Below, piece by piece: positions 7,225 through 17,022 of a DNA stretch of 45,287 nt. The stretch covers positions 1-45,287 of the IMG/VR virus record IMGVR_UViG_3300016722_000157; one strand, written 5' to 3'. The notes under the pieces were generated by a model. The model saw only the letters and a program-made list of their open reading frames with translations, was not told the DNA's origin and ran no database searches. A program made the position numbers and the translations under genes. Every line of letters begins with the position of its first letter. Within the stretch, counting starts at the first letter, position 1. Source of the DNA: a virus. Its lineage: Duplodnaviria; Caudoviricetes.

Positions 7225-8400
7225 ATGGATAATCAATTAATCAAATTAGAAAACATTTCTGATATAAAGAATTTGACTTTAAATTCATATCAGGAAAATA
7301 ATAACAGCGTTTCTAAATGCCTGGAATATGGAGAGAAATTATACTCCGAAGTTTCTAGTGGAGAGATGGACGATGAAAAAGACGAGAAGATTAAAAAGTA
7401 TATCTCCCGTGTTCAACTTACCGAAAAGAATATTAACGAGCGGAGAAAGCCCGTTACGCAGATGTTCGATAAGATCAAAAAAGCGTTCACCGAAATGGAG
7501 TTTTCTATTTCCGCAAAAAATAGCGAAAGCGTTATTTGCAACTTGCAAAAAATCAGAAACGATTACGCTGCCTACAAGCTCAAAAAAGAAGAAGAGGAGA
7601 GGGAGAGGCAGCGAAGAAAACAACTGCTTAATATTTCGAAAGAAAATCTACATAACGAGGCGATCGAAAAACTGCACGCAGCCACTAACAAAGCACTCGA
7701 TGAAAATATCGACATGCTGAACACTCTTTTTTCGGATGCAACTCTTGAAAACATCGGAACGGTAAAAGATTCGATATTTAATTATTTGGAATCGTTTAAA
7801 ATATCAAACTATTTTGACAGTCCGGTAAGGCCTCAAAACATAAGCGAGGACTTATATAAAAAGATATGCAACGACGCTTATCATGAAGTTAAGGATTCTA
7901 TCGAAGAGCAATATAAATCCGAAATAGGTTCTCTAAAGGATGATTTGCTCTTAAAGCTTCCCTCCAAGAAAATCGAACTAGAAAAAATAGAAGAGCAAAA
8001 GAAAACAAATGCAGAGGCAGCCAAGAAAGCCGCCGAGGAATTAGCCAAAAAGGATGCCGATGAAGCGGCCAAGAAAGAGGCGGATAGAAAAGCCGAGGAA
8101 GATAAGAGAAAGCAAGCGGACGCTCTGGCGAAACAAGCAAGCGCCGCGGCAAGTCTTTTCACTCCTAAAACGGTCGTAAACGCAAAGGTTAGTAAAAGAA
8201 TAGAAGTTCAGGATAAGCAAGGATTTTTGAATATCATTCAATATTGGTGGACGGGAGTAGGTCTTAATATGACTATCGAGGAACTTTCTAAGAAACTCGA
8301 TTTTATGGTTACGTACGCCGAACGTGAAGCTAATAAGAATTTTGATAAATCCATTGATTGTCCTCAAATAAAATGGGTGGACGATGTCAAAGCCAAGTGA
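7225..8400 (+). CDS. Coiled-coil protein of the recombination module
   Basis: NERRKPVTQMFDKIKK; long E/K/A helices; between RecT and exonuclease. Confidence 0.75.
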   Translation: MDNQLIKLENISDIKNLTLNSYQENNNSVSKCLEYGEKLYSEVSSGEMDDEKDEKIKKYISRVQLTEKNINERRKPVTQMFDKIKKAFTEMEFSISAKNSESVICNLQKIRNDYAAYKLKKEEEERERQRRKQLLNISKENLHNEAIEKLHAATNKALDENIDMLNTLFSDATLENIGTVKDSIFNYLESFKISNYFDSPVRPQNISEDLYKKICNDAYHEVKDSIEEQYKSEIGSLKDDLLLKLPSKKIELEKIEEQKKTNAEAAKKAAEELAKKDADEAAKKEADRKAEEDKRKQADALAKQASAAASLFTPKTVVNAKVSKRIEVQDKQGFLNIIQYWWTGVGLNMTIEELSKKLDFMVTYAEREANKNFDKSIDCPQIKWVDDVKAK

Positions 8401-9061
8401 TTCGTATTATAATCGTCGTGAGGTCAGCAATTCTGATCTCACGGCCCTTAAATATAAGCTCTATCCGGCCCTTTGTTTTACGTCTGAGAAAGACAAGCAA
8501 AGGGCTTTTCATTTAGGTACTCTCGTCGATGCCTTTATAACGGAAATTTCAAAAGTAAATTTCTACACTCTTGAAGTTGATGGAGAGAAATATACTTCAG
8601 AAGATTTCGGATGGGCAAAGGAAATGAGAAAAGCTCTTTTTAGAGAAACTCGCAACGATCAGTTTTTTAAATTTGTTCTTGATAGGGCAGAAACTCAAAA
8701 GTTCATGGTGAAAGAAAAACAAGTCTTTGATTACGTTTGCTTTCATTACGAACTTGACACGAGGTGCAAATGGGATTGGTGGCTTGGTAGTTTCGGTGGG
8801 GACTTGAAAACGACTGCTGCCACCACACAAAGTCAATTTGAAAATTGTATAGATTTCTTTGATTGGGACCGAAGTCGGGCGTGGTACATGGATATTGCTC
8901 ACTCTCTCAACCCCGAACACGGAAATCGTGATTTCATATATGCCATTTCAAAGAAGAATTTCAAAGTATTTAAAAAAATGATAACGAGAGATTCGGAAAT
9001 TTATCAAAGAGGAAAAGAAAAATATCTCGATCTCTCTTTTAAATATTGGACGTTTGTATGA
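8384..9061 (+). CDS. PD-(D/E)XK exonuclease, RecE/DUF3799-like
   Basis: VSNSDL, GTLVD, RCKWDW...GDLKTT. Confidence 0.8.
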   Translation: MSKPSDSYYNRREVSNSDLTALKYKLYPALCFTSEKDKQRAFHLGTLVDAFITEISKVNFYTLEVDGEKYTSEDFGWAKEMRKALFRETRNDQFFKFVLDRAETQKFMVKEKQVFDYVCFHYELDTRCKWDWWLGSFGGDLKTTAATTQSQFENCIDFFDWDRSRAWYMDIAHSLNPEHGNRDFIYAISKKNFKVFKKMITRDSEIYQRGKEKYLDLSFKYWTFV

Positions 9062-9480
9062 AGATTTATTGCAGAGTAACGAGTGTGGGGTTAGTACCGT
9101 TATACGATTCTGACTTGGACGAAAAAAAGAAACTTAAAATCGGTATTGACGTAGAAGCCGAGATTAAAAAAGCTAGGAATATCAAGTTCCACAAAAAGTT
9201 TTTCGGTCTTCTTCGATTGGTTCTCGACAATATGCCAAATTGGCAAAAAAAATACTATGAGATATACAATGAGGAATCTTTTCTGTTACAGATTAAAGAA
9301 GACTTGAAATTATTCAAAGAGTGCAGAGGTGGAAGAAAGGAATATATCTCAATAAGTTTTGAGGCGATGGATGAATACACCTTTTCAAGGTTCTACAACA
9401 TAGTTACAAATCTAATGGTTGCAAAGTATATCCATACTTCAGATAACGACATTGAAGAAGAAATCTATAAACATATGTAA
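9058..9480 (+). CDS. DUF1367/NinB-like protein
   Basis: RNIKFHKKFFGLL; SISFEAMDEYTFSRFY. Confidence 0.7.
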   Translation: MKIYCRVTSVGLVPLYDSDLDEKKKLKIGIDVEAEIKKARNIKFHKKFFGLLRLVLDNMPNWQKKYYEIYNEESFLLQIKEDLKLFKECRGGRKEYISISFEAMDEYTFSRFYNIVTNLMVAKYIHTSDNDIEEEIYKHM

Positions 9481-9668
9481 TGATGAAACCTGGAGAATAT
9501 TTTTATTCAATATGTGGTAAGAATTTTGAGATTTACCAAGAAGAAGAGCCTGTTAACGGTGTTGGCGGCGCTCACAAAGTAGACGGGGAAAGAGTTTATT
9601 TCCCGAATGAGAGAGAGCTGGCGAAGAAACGTGTTTATGAATTAAATGGTTGGAAATGGAAAAAATAA
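9480..9668 (+). CDS. Phage hypothetical protein
   Basis: TAATG coupling; AKKRVYELNGW. Confidence 0.65.
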   Translation: MMKPGEYFYSICGKNFEIYQEEEPVNGVGGAHKVDGERVYFPNERELAKKRVYELNGWKWKK

Positions 9669-11014
9669 CACCATACCCTTATCAATTAGAGGGGATAGAA
9701 AACGGGTTGAAATATAAAAGGTTCATAAATGGCGACGAGCCCGGGCTAGGGAAAACGATGCAGGCTTTAATCTCTATTGAGAAAGCAAAAGCTACGCCGG
9801 CACTCGTCGTTTGTCCCTCTTCTTTAAAAATAAATTGGGAGAGGGAAACTAAGAAGTTCACAAGTTTAAGGCCTCTCATTCTTACTGATTCGGTCAAGTC
9901 TACGTTTCCTTATTTCATAGGGTCAATGAACATGTACGATGTTGTTATCTGCAACTATGAGAGTTTAAGAAAATACTTTGTCGTTTCCGCTCCGAAAGGG
10001 TTTAAACTGAAAGACGTGGTTTTTCAATCGGTGATCAAACAATTTAAATCTGTTATTTTTGATGAAAGTCACAAATTGAAAGACGCGTCGACACAGCAAT
10101 CTAAATTTTCAAAGGGAATTTGTAGCGGAAAAGATTATATTATTTTGCTTACAGGTACGCCGGTTGTGAACTCTCCAGGTGATTTAGCGACACAAATAGC
10201 TATCATGGGCCGAATTAATGAATTTGGCGGATATGGTCAATTTATAAGCGATTACGGAAAGGGAAGCAATCTTTTGAAATTGCAATCCATTATAAAAGGA
10301 AATTGTTATTTCAGGAGAGAGAAAAAGGACGTCTTCAAGGAAATGCCTAAGCTTACCAGGACGACTATAATAACACCTTTATGTAACCGTGATGAATATG
10401 ATACATGCTTAAATGATCTGAAAAGATACCTCATGGAATACAAAGGCTGTACCGATTCTGAAGCGAAAAGAAAGATGCGGATGAAAGCCCTTATAAAGTT
10501 TATGAATTTAAGGCGTATCTCCGGCGAGGGAAAAGTGAAAGCGGCGATAGACTTTATAGGGAACTTGGAAAGAAACATCGTTATTTTCTGCTCTCATCAC
10601 AGTATTGTAGACAGTCTTAAAGAAGCTTTTCCTAATGCCGTCACCGTTACCGGGAGAGATTCACAGCAACAAAAACAGTGGGCTGTAGATTCTTTTCAAT
10701 CCGGGAAAGCAAAGATAATCATTTGCTCCATTAAGGCGGCCGGTGTCGGTCTTACTCTTACGGCTTCATCCTATGAGATGTTTATTGAGCTCCCGTGGAC
10801 TTATGCAGATTTAAATCAATGTGAATGTAGAGAGGATCGTATAGGCCAAAAGGAAGCTGTTAATTCTTATGTCCTAATAGGTGAGGACAGTATAGATGAT
10901 AAGCTTTTTCAAATCATCATGGATAAAAAGTCTATCGCTAGTCAGATAACCGGTAGCGATGACGAGGTACCCACAGATGAACAGTATTTTAATGAATTAA
11001 TGTCATGCCTTTAA
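9656..11014 (+). CDS. SNF2-family helicase/ATPase
   Basis: DEPGLGKT, DESH, LTGTP, AAGVGLTL, QCECREDRIGQ. Confidence 0.92.
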   Translation: MEKITPYPYQLEGIENGLKYKRFINGDEPGLGKTMQALISIEKAKATPALVVCPSSLKINWERETKKFTSLRPLILTDSVKSTFPYFIGSMNMYDVVICNYESLRKYFVVSAPKGFKLKDVVFQSVIKQFKSVIFDESHKLKDASTQQSKFSKGICSGKDYIILLTGTPVVNSPGDLATQIAIMGRINEFGGYGQFISDYGKGSNLLKLQSIIKGNCYFRREKKDVFKEMPKLTRTTIITPLCNRDEYDTCLNDLKRYLMEYKGCTDSEAKRKMRMKALIKFMNLRRISGEGKVKAAIDFIGNLERNIVIFCSHHSIVDSLKEAFPNAVTVTGRDSQQQKQWAVDSFQSGKAKIIICSIKAAGVGLTLTASSYEMFIELPWTYADLNQCECREDRIGQKEAVNSYVLIGEDSIDDKLFQIIMDKKSIASQITGSDDEVPTDEQYFNELMSCL

Positions 11015-11157
11015 GTAAAACCGATACAAAGAAGCTTTTGAAGCTTTTAAATGATTGTTCGGACATTATTAGAAAAAGAGCACTAACCACCCGCGAAGTG
11101 GACAAAGCGAGGCAATTAAAATTAATGATTAAAAAGATTGAAAATGGAACACAATAA
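11005..11157 (+). CDS. 50-aa basic protein absent from the ORF track
   Basis: MPLSKTDTKKLLKLLNDC...IENGTQ; fills the gap and overlaps both neighbours. Confidence 0.6.
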   Translation: MPLSKTDTKKLLKLLNDCSDIIRKRALTTREVDKARQLKLMIKKIENGTQ

Positions 11158-11422
11158 AACCCCTGATAAACTATACCAAGAAATATTATCCGTTTCGGGT
11201 TATTCCGATTCGGAATTAAAGGGTTCTTCAAGGAAACGGGATATAGGCGACAAAAGGTCTGTCGTTTCCTGTATAATGTCTGATAACAGTTGTTCTTTAC
11301 ATGAGATAGGTAAGGTATTAAACAGAACTCATGGAACTGTATGGACTTCCTATCTTAATAACAGGAAATATGTAAATGATGAAATCGAGAGAATTAAAAA
11401 GAATATGAACTTAAAAAATTAA
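11144..11422 (+). CDS. Stand-alone DnaA domain IV-like HTH protein
   Basis: ELKGSSRKRDIGDKR...SLHEIGKVLNRTHGTV parallels the DnaA C-terminal signature SLxEIG..F.RDHTTV. Confidence 0.7.
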   Translation: MEHNKTPDKLYQEILSVSGYSDSELKGSSRKRDIGDKRSVVSCIMSDNSCSLHEIGKVLNRTHGTVWTSYLNNRKYVNDEIERIKKNMNLKN

Positions 11423-11427
11423 AAGTT

Positions 11428-11889
11428 ATGATGCATAATTGGTTTGAATGTAAAATTCGTTACAACAAAGTAATGGATGACGGAGCAAGTAAGAAAGTTA
11501 CTGAGTCCTATTTGGTAGATGCTTTAAGCTTTACAGAAGCTGAAGCCCGTATTATTGAAGAATCGAAGCCGTTTATTAGTGGCGAGTTCACGGTGTCGGA
11601 TATTAAACGTGCCAACTATTCGGAATTATTCCCGTGTGAGGATATAGATTCTGATAAATGGTTTAAGGTAAAAATCAACTATCTCACGATCGACGAGAAG
11701 AGCGGAAAGGAAAAGAAATCCCCTATTTACGTTTTAGTTCAAGCGGAATCAGTAGAGGACGCAAAGAACAAAACCGACACGGGGATGAAAGGCACGATGG
11801 CCGACTATGAAATAGAGTCCATTTCTGAAACTAAAATACTGGACGTGTATCCGTATAAATCGAAAGAAGATGAAAAGCAAGAGAATTAA
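11428..11889 (+). CDS. DUF4494-like protein
   Basis: WFECKIRY, ESYLVDALSFTEAEARIIEE, ETKILDVY. Confidence 0.85.
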   Translation: MMHNWFECKIRYNKVMDDGASKKVTESYLVDALSFTEAEARIIEESKPFISGEFTVSDIKRANYSELFPCEDIDSDKWFKVKINYLTIDEKSGKEKKSPIYVLVQAESVEDAKNKTDTGMKGTMADYEIESISETKILDVYPYKSKEDEKQEN

Positions 11890-12427
11890 TTTCAATAAAA
11901 ACTGTAAAATGCACGTTTGCTGTTCTAATGATGACTTCCAATATGCATTGCAGCATATTTATTTTCATGAGGGAAAGGCAATCGCTACAGAGGGGCACGT
12001 TTTGATTATAGTCCCAATTTCAGAGATTAGCACTTTCCCTGAAGAGCAAATAAAACTTCTTGAGGGCAAATTTCTTCATTTCTCTCAATATAAAGAAATT
12101 TTGAAATACGATTTCGCAGAGATAACGGATCAGGGAATTGTTTGCAAGACGTTTTATAATAAAAATGCCAATATGGTCATGAATGAAATGAAATATCCAT
12201 TTATAGACGGTATTAGTTATCCTAGTTATAAAAAGATACTTCCTAATGGAATAAATAAGATAGATGCCATAGCCTTAAATATAAGACTATTCAATATGAT
12301 TTCTCAAGCATGTGGAATTGATGCTATATCTATGACATTCCAATCAAAAGGAGACCCTATATTAATTGAATTTCTACACAGCGAGGCTATTGGTGTAATA
12401 ATGCCCGCATATCTAAGTGAAGATTAA
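11870..12427 (+). CDS. Truncated sliding-clamp (DnaN)-like protein
   Basis: LQHIY...AIATEGHVL (cf. VATDGHRL), YPSYKKILP (cf. YPDYxxVIP), GVIMP (cf. LIMP). Confidence 0.65.
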   Translation: MKSKRINFNKNCKMHVCCSNDDFQYALQHIYFHEGKAIATEGHVLIIVPISEISTFPEEQIKLLEGKFLHFSQYKEILKYDFAEITDQGIVCKTFYNKNANMVMNEMKYPFIDGISYPSYKKILPNGINKIDAIALNIRLFNMISQACGIDAISMTFQSKGDPILIEFLHSEAIGVIMPAYLSED

Positions 12428-12459
12428 ATATTGCTATATTTTGTTTTGTTTCATCATGT

Positions 12460-12492
12460 AACTGTCGGTTCGGGAGAATAGACAGTTTTTTT
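12460..12492 (+). terminator. Intrinsic terminator
   Basis: AACTGTC...GACAGTT stem with GGGA-capped inner hairpin and T7 tail. Confidence 0.65.
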
Positions 12493-12511
12493 AATCTAAA
12501 AAAATGAGAAT

Positions 12512-12934
12512 ATGTTTTACAAAAAAAGTAAAAACAAAAGCAGTGGTTTAAAAGATAAATTAGATAAAGTTTTCTCTGAATTTATCCGATTAAGAGATAG
12601 TAAGAAATATGGATTTGAACATTTTCGTTGTATCTCTTGCGGTCAGATAAAATCATATTCACAGGCTGATTGTGGGCATTTTTATTCTCGTAGATATATG
12701 TCTACTCGATACGATGAGGACAACTGTAATGCCGAATGTCGGGGATGTAACAGTTATGACGGAGATCATTTAATAGGGTATCAAAGAAATCTTATTGAAA
12801 AGATAGGTGAAAAAAGATTTAACCTTTTAGCTTACAAAAAAAATCAAACAAAACAATGGAGCGATTTTGAGCTAATAGAATTGATAAATTATTATAAAAA
12901 GCAGGTAAAGGAGATGAAAGATGAAAAAGGATAG
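12512..12934 (+). CDS. ninG: NinG/Rap-family resolvase
   Basis: LDKVFSEFIRLRD, CISCG, DCGHFYSR, NCNAECRGCN. Confidence 0.9.
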   Translation: MFYKKSKNKSSGLKDKLDKVFSEFIRLRDSKKYGFEHFRCISCGQIKSYSQADCGHFYSRRYMSTRYDEDNCNAECRGCNSYDGDHLIGYQRNLIEKIGEKRFNLLAYKKNQTKQWSDFELIELINYYKKQVKEMKDEKG

Positions 12935-13700
12935 TTGTTATTTTTCTCATGACAGTAATGCAAAAGATGATCCAAAATGTATGTTACTCATCGATCAATT
13001 AGGACTTGAGGGATACGGTATTTATTGGATGCTTGTAGAGGTCTTGCGAGAACAACCCGATTATAAATGTCCTCTTAATCTCGTTCCCATTTTAGCACGG
13101 CGCTATAACACGACTGCCGAAAAGGTTAAGACAGTAATTAGTTTATATGGACTTTTCGAGGTTGACGAAGAAAAAACCTTTTTCTCATTAAGCCTTATTC
13201 GTAGAATGATGCCACTTGACGAACTAAGGAATAGGCGTAGTATAGCGGGGAAAATGGGCAATGAGATTCGATGGAATAATCAAAAAGAAATCGCAGAGCA
13301 ATCGCAATGCGATAACCTACCGATCGCAGAAGAATCGCAAAGCGATCGCAAATCATCGCTAAGTAAAGTAAAGGAAACTAAAGTAAAGGAAAGTAAAGAT
13401 AATATAGAGAGTTGTTCGAAATCCGCCGCGGCTAAAGCCGCTACTCTCGCACGTAAAAAAGAATTTGCAAATTCTCTCATTCCTTTTTTAGAAAAATACG
13501 GTAATAAAATGATTCGTGCATTTTATGATTATTGGAGCGAGCTTAATAAATCTGGAACAAAGATGAGGTTCGAAAAACAGCCTACTTGGGAGGTGTCTAA
13601 AAGATTAGCTAAGTGGGCGGACAACGATGGATTTGATAATAAATCCGTCCTTAAAAATGATTCAGTTGATAAATATAAAAACGATCAGGAGGGTTGGTAA
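12921..13700 (+). CDS. Replication initiator (DUF4373/Lin1244-like N-terminus)
   Basis: YFSHDSNAKDDPK, GYGIYWMLVE; internal iterons; FYDYWSE; upstream of DnaC-like ATPase. Confidence 0.8.
   Translation: MKKDSCYFSHDSNAKDDPKCMLLIDQLGLEGYGIYWMLVEVLREQPDYKCPLNLVPILARRYNTTAEKVKTVISLYGLFEVDEEKTFFSLSLIRRMMPLDELRNRRSIAGKMGNEIRWNNQKEIAEQSQCDNLPIAEESQSDRKSSLSKVKETKVKESKDNIESCSKSAAAKAATLARKKEFANSLIPFLEKYGNKMIRAFYDYWSELNKSGTKMRFEKQPTWEVSKRLAKWADNDGFDNKSVLKNDSVDKYKNDQEGW
13290..13398. repeat. Iterons and A-rich tract, probable replication origin
   Basis: ATCGCA at 13290, 13301, 13323, 13334, 13345 (11-bp phase), ATCGCT at 13355, inverted copies; then AAAGTAAAGGAAA repeats. Confidence 0.75.
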
Positions 13701-14269
13701 TGGATTTTAAAGAAGAGATAAAAAACATGCACCATTTGGGTTTTAAAGAGACCGAAAAGGTGATGATAAAAATACCAAATGCAAAAAAAATGCTTATTGA
13801 CGGGCTTAAATACTTTTTAGAAGAACCGCAATGGCTTCCTGAATACGAAGATGTCGCTTCATGGTTGGAAGATAACAAAGGGAGAGGTATTCTGGCGTAT
13901 GGAAATTGCGGCCGTGGAAAGACGCTTATTTTCTCAAAGATATTTCCCGTACTTATTCATTCAAAACTTAATAAAATTTTGAGGATTGCCGATTTTAAAA
14001 CCATTAATTCATCTCCGGAATCATTTATGAACTGCAAATTACTCTATATAGACGACGTAGGAATAGAATCGGAAGCAAATCTATATGGTAATAAGCGAAT
14101 GGTTTTACCCGAGCTTGTCGATAATGCAGAGAAAAAAGGAAATCTTATAATAATCTCTACAAACCTTATGCTTAATGAACTTTCTGAAAAATACGGAGCG
14201 AGGACGCTTGATAGATTAAGAGCAATAACAAAGACTATCCTTTTCAATGGGAAAAGTCTGAGAGGATAA
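13700..14269 (+). CDS. DnaC/IstB-like helicase-loader ATPase
   Basis: Walker A GNCGRGKT; LYIDDVG; IISTNL; YGARTLDRL. Confidence 0.88.
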   Translation: MDFKEEIKNMHHLGFKETEKVMIKIPNAKKMLIDGLKYFLEEPQWLPEYEDVASWLEDNKGRGILAYGNCGRGKTLIFSKIFPVLIHSKLNKILRIADFKTINSSPESFMNCKLLYIDDVGIESEANLYGNKRMVLPELVDNAEKKGNLIIISTNLMLNELSEKYGARTLDRLRAITKTILFNGKSLRG

Positions 14270-14307
14270 ATGGCAAAAAATATAGACTTTCTTAAAAACA
14301 AAATATT

Positions 14308-14712
14308 ATGAGTACAACAGAGCAATTTAAAAAGACGATAAAAGAGTATCTCGACAATCGTGCTGCAGGGGATGAACTATTTGCCCAATCCTATGCTAAA
14401 GAAAATAAGAACATCGACGAGTGTATCAATTTTATTCTTCAACAAGTACAGAAAAGTGGTTGCAACGGTTTCACTGATGAAGAGGTGTATGGAATGGCAG
14501 TTCATTACTATGATGAAGACAATCTCAAAGATATAAAAATGACGAATTGTAAAGTCATTGTTAACCATAAGGTAAAATTGACTGAAAAGGATAAGAAACG
14601 AGCTCATGATGAAGCCCTAAAGCAATTACAAGCAGAGCAGGTCGCTTTATTGAGGAAGAAGCCAAAACACGAAAAGAAAGAAACTGAAGTTCAACAAATG
14701 TCACTATTCTAA
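14308..14712 (+). CDS. pcfK: PcfK-like protein
   Basis: YAKENKNIDECINFI, GFTDEEVYGMAVHYYDE; C-terminal QMSLF. Confidence 0.85.
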   Translation: MSTTEQFKKTIKEYLDNRAAGDELFAQSYAKENKNIDECINFILQQVQKSGCNGFTDEEVYGMAVHYYDEDNLKDIKMTNCKVIVNHKVKLTEKDKKRAHDEALKQLQAEQVALLRKKPKHEKKETEVQQMSLF

Positions 14713-16004
14713 TGAAACCAAGAACTAAATTACAGCGTCAGGTTATTGAACTTGCCGAAGGCTTGTGCAATATTGACAATTCGATGCTTGAATGGGTCAA
14801 AGAAGATGTACTTGACCATATCGGATTTGCTACAAAATCACGTGTTATTTGCATGGATTGTGGACAACGATTTTCTCCTGAGCTTGTAAAACGTAAACGT
14901 GCTGTTTGTCCTCACTGTGGAGCAAAGCTTAAGATAGAGATATCAAGAAAAACTACAAATAAGCAATGTAGATATGTTGCTATCGCTGAAATTTATACAG
15001 GCTTTCAAATAATTAGAAATTTCGAAATGTTTGCTTACTATAAAGCAAATGAAAAACCGAGATATTTTATCCATGAGATTTTGCAACATTGGATTTTACC
15101 TAATGGTAAACGTGAAGTCGTTAGCAGAAATCATACGCAAAGTTGGTACGTTGATTCATGGAATGGAGCTATGGAAATTCGCGATAAGGGCTACACACAA
15201 AAATATGATGTTTATCCCCATAAAATGCATCCAGATTCTGAATTCCTACCAACATATAAGCGCTATGGTATAGACCATAATTTGAGAGGCATGTCTTTTC
15301 TAAGTGCTATATCCAAGCTGCCTAGTGATCCCAAGGCTGAAACATTGCTTAAAGCGAAGCAATATAAATTATTCGGTTGGTTGGATGATTATAAATCCGA
15401 TTATGTCAGCAAATATTGGCCAGCTATCAAAATATGTCTTCGAAATAAATATAAGGTAAAAGATGCGAGCTTATATTTTGATTATTTGGATTTGCTTGAG
15501 CGTTATCATAAAGATCTTCATAACGCTTATTACGTTTGCCCCAAGGATTTGAAAAAGGCTCATGATGTTTATCTCAAAAAGAAAAGAAAGGAAGATGAGT
15601 GTGAGAGAAAAGAGCGTGCGATAAGGGAACTACTCGCACAAAAGGAAGTAGCAGAACTGTACATTAAAGAAAAATCAAAATTCTTTAGTATCCGAATTTC
15701 TGATGAAAACATTTCAATCCATGTGCTAAAAAGTGTTGATGAGTTCAAAGAGGAAGGGCATAAGATGCACCATTGCGTATTTGATTGCGGATATTTTAAG
15801 CGCAAAGACTGTCTTATCTTATCAGCTAGGGATAAAAAGACAGGTAAGCGTATCGAAACAATAGAACTGTCTTTAAAAACGTTTCAAATTGTTCAGCAGA
15901 GGGCTAAATGTAATGGTGAATCACCTTACAAATCAGAGATAAGAGATTTGATTATTAATAATATCGGTCAATTTAAAAAGTTGGCCCTAAAAAAAGCGAT
16001 GTAA
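14712..16004 (+). CDS. pcfJ: PcfJ-like protein
   Basis: N-terminal CxxC pairs; LKKAHD; EEGHKMHHCV; RIETIEL; QQRAKCN. Confidence 0.85.
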   Translation: MKPRTKLQRQVIELAEGLCNIDNSMLEWVKEDVLDHIGFATKSRVICMDCGQRFSPELVKRKRAVCPHCGAKLKIEISRKTTNKQCRYVAIAEIYTGFQIIRNFEMFAYYKANEKPRYFIHEILQHWILPNGKREVVSRNHTQSWYVDSWNGAMEIRDKGYTQKYDVYPHKMHPDSEFLPTYKRYGIDHNLRGMSFLSAISKLPSDPKAETLLKAKQYKLFGWLDDYKSDYVSKYWPAIKICLRNKYKVKDASLYFDYLDLLERYHKDLHNAYYVCPKDLKKAHDVYLKKKRKEDECERKERAIRELLAQKEVAELYIKEKSKFFSIRISDENISIHVLKSVDEFKEEGHKMHHCVFDCGYFKRKDCLILSARDKKTGKRIETIELSLKTFQIVQQRAKCNGESPYKSEIRDLIINNIGQFKKLALKKAM

Positions 16005-16005
16005 T

Positions 16006-16326
16006 ATGAAACCGAAGAAAGAACTTTTAGTGAGAATGAGAGAAGATGGAGTGGATAAGAGAATTAATACTTTGCTTTCTGCTGTACACGTTCTTCATTG
16101 TGAAGCTTCAAATCTGTTTGGAGAAACAGAAGATTTGCTACTAAAATATGGTTGCCTGGTCGGTGAATTGAAAAGAGAGCATTCGGCCATGGTCAAGGCA
16201 ATGGATAAATACTTCAACGATTTTACGTTGATGATTGATAGCAAACAAAGCGGAAAGGATTTGTTTGAGGATCTAGATAATTTTGATAAAACATTTAGAA
16301 AATGGGCAAAGCTATCGGAGGAATAA
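16006..16326 (+). CDS. Phage hypothetical protein
   Basis: 106 aa helical; tight packing. Confidence 0.7.
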   Translation: MKPKKELLVRMREDGVDKRINTLLSAVHVLHCEASNLFGETEDLLLKYGCLVGELKREHSAMVKAMDKYFNDFTLMIDSKQSGKDLFEDLDNFDKTFRKWAKLSEE

Positions 16327-16328
16327 AC

Positions 16329-16526
16329 ATGGAAAAATGTAATGATAAAGAGACTTCTAAGGGTGTTTATCACATAACAAAAGTAACATTGATATGGGAG
16401 CGTGAACGTGAACGTATAAAGGATGATATTTATACGTCTGATCTAGAATCACAGCGTAATACTTTCATTAAAAATTATGCATGTAAAGATGTTCATTTCG
16501 ATTATGAAGAAACTAAGCTCCTTTGA
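16329..16526 (+). CDS. Hypothetical protein
   Basis: ATG 2 nt after previous stop. Confidence 0.55.
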   Translation: MEKCNDKETSKGVYHITKVTLIWERERERIKDDIYTSDLESQRNTFIKNYACKDVHFDYEETKLL

Positions 16527-16647
16527 CCGCTACCTCTCTGAGGGTTACGATAATATTTGTGATTATCCTACTTATAAGTATTATTTAAAGTTACGGAGAA
16601 GAAATCTAATAAGAAAGTTTATAAAAAATGTATGGAAAAGAATTTAA
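16504..16647 (+). CDS. 47-aa basic protein absent from the ORF track
   Basis: MKKLSSFDRYLSEGYD...VWKRI; fills the gap and overlaps both neighbours. Confidence 0.45.
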   Translation: MKKLSSFDRYLSEGYDNICDYPTYKYYLKLRRRNLIRKFIKNVWKRI

Positions 16648-16820
16648 GTATAGAGCAAATAGAAACTCAGTGTAAGAAAATGGGTTGTGAAAATTATATA
16701 GAATGGGGTTTCGGATACGGTACATGTATTTCATGCAAACTTCTTGGCGAAAGTTATCATATTGACGAAATACCCGGCGATTGCCCTAATAAAGACAAGT
16801 TTAAAAACGAGGAAGAATAA
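16632..16820 (+). CDS. Small Cys-rich hypothetical protein
   Basis: Five Cys in 62 aa. Confidence 0.6.
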   Translation: MEKNLSIEQIETQCKKMGCENYIEWGFGYGTCISCKLLGESYHIDEIPGDCPNKDKFKNEEE

Positions 16821-16822
16821 AT

Positions 16823-17014
16823 ATGAATGCAGATATAAAAAGGGTGCTTGAATATTACAAGCATAAAAAAATAAGTATCCTAGAGACAGACAAAGGGGAG
16901 CTAATTCCTAGCAAAGAAGCAAAAGAATACCTTAAATGGTGTTTGAAGCACGGATATAAGGAGTTAAAAGATGCTCCCGATTGGGACGAGTATTTGAAAC
17001 TAAAGGAGAAATAA
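16823..17014 (+). CDS. Hypothetical protein
   Basis: 63 aa; tight packing. Confidence 0.65.
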   Translation: MNADIKRVLEYYKHKKISILETDKGELIPSKEAKEYLKWCLKHGYKELKDAPDWDEYLKLKEK

Positions 17015-17022
17015 AAGAAATA

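Noticed and set aside
13290-13398. CRISPR array
   Set aside because: Repeats are 6 bp, intragenic, with no spacers; no cas genes or arrays seen anywhere in the window
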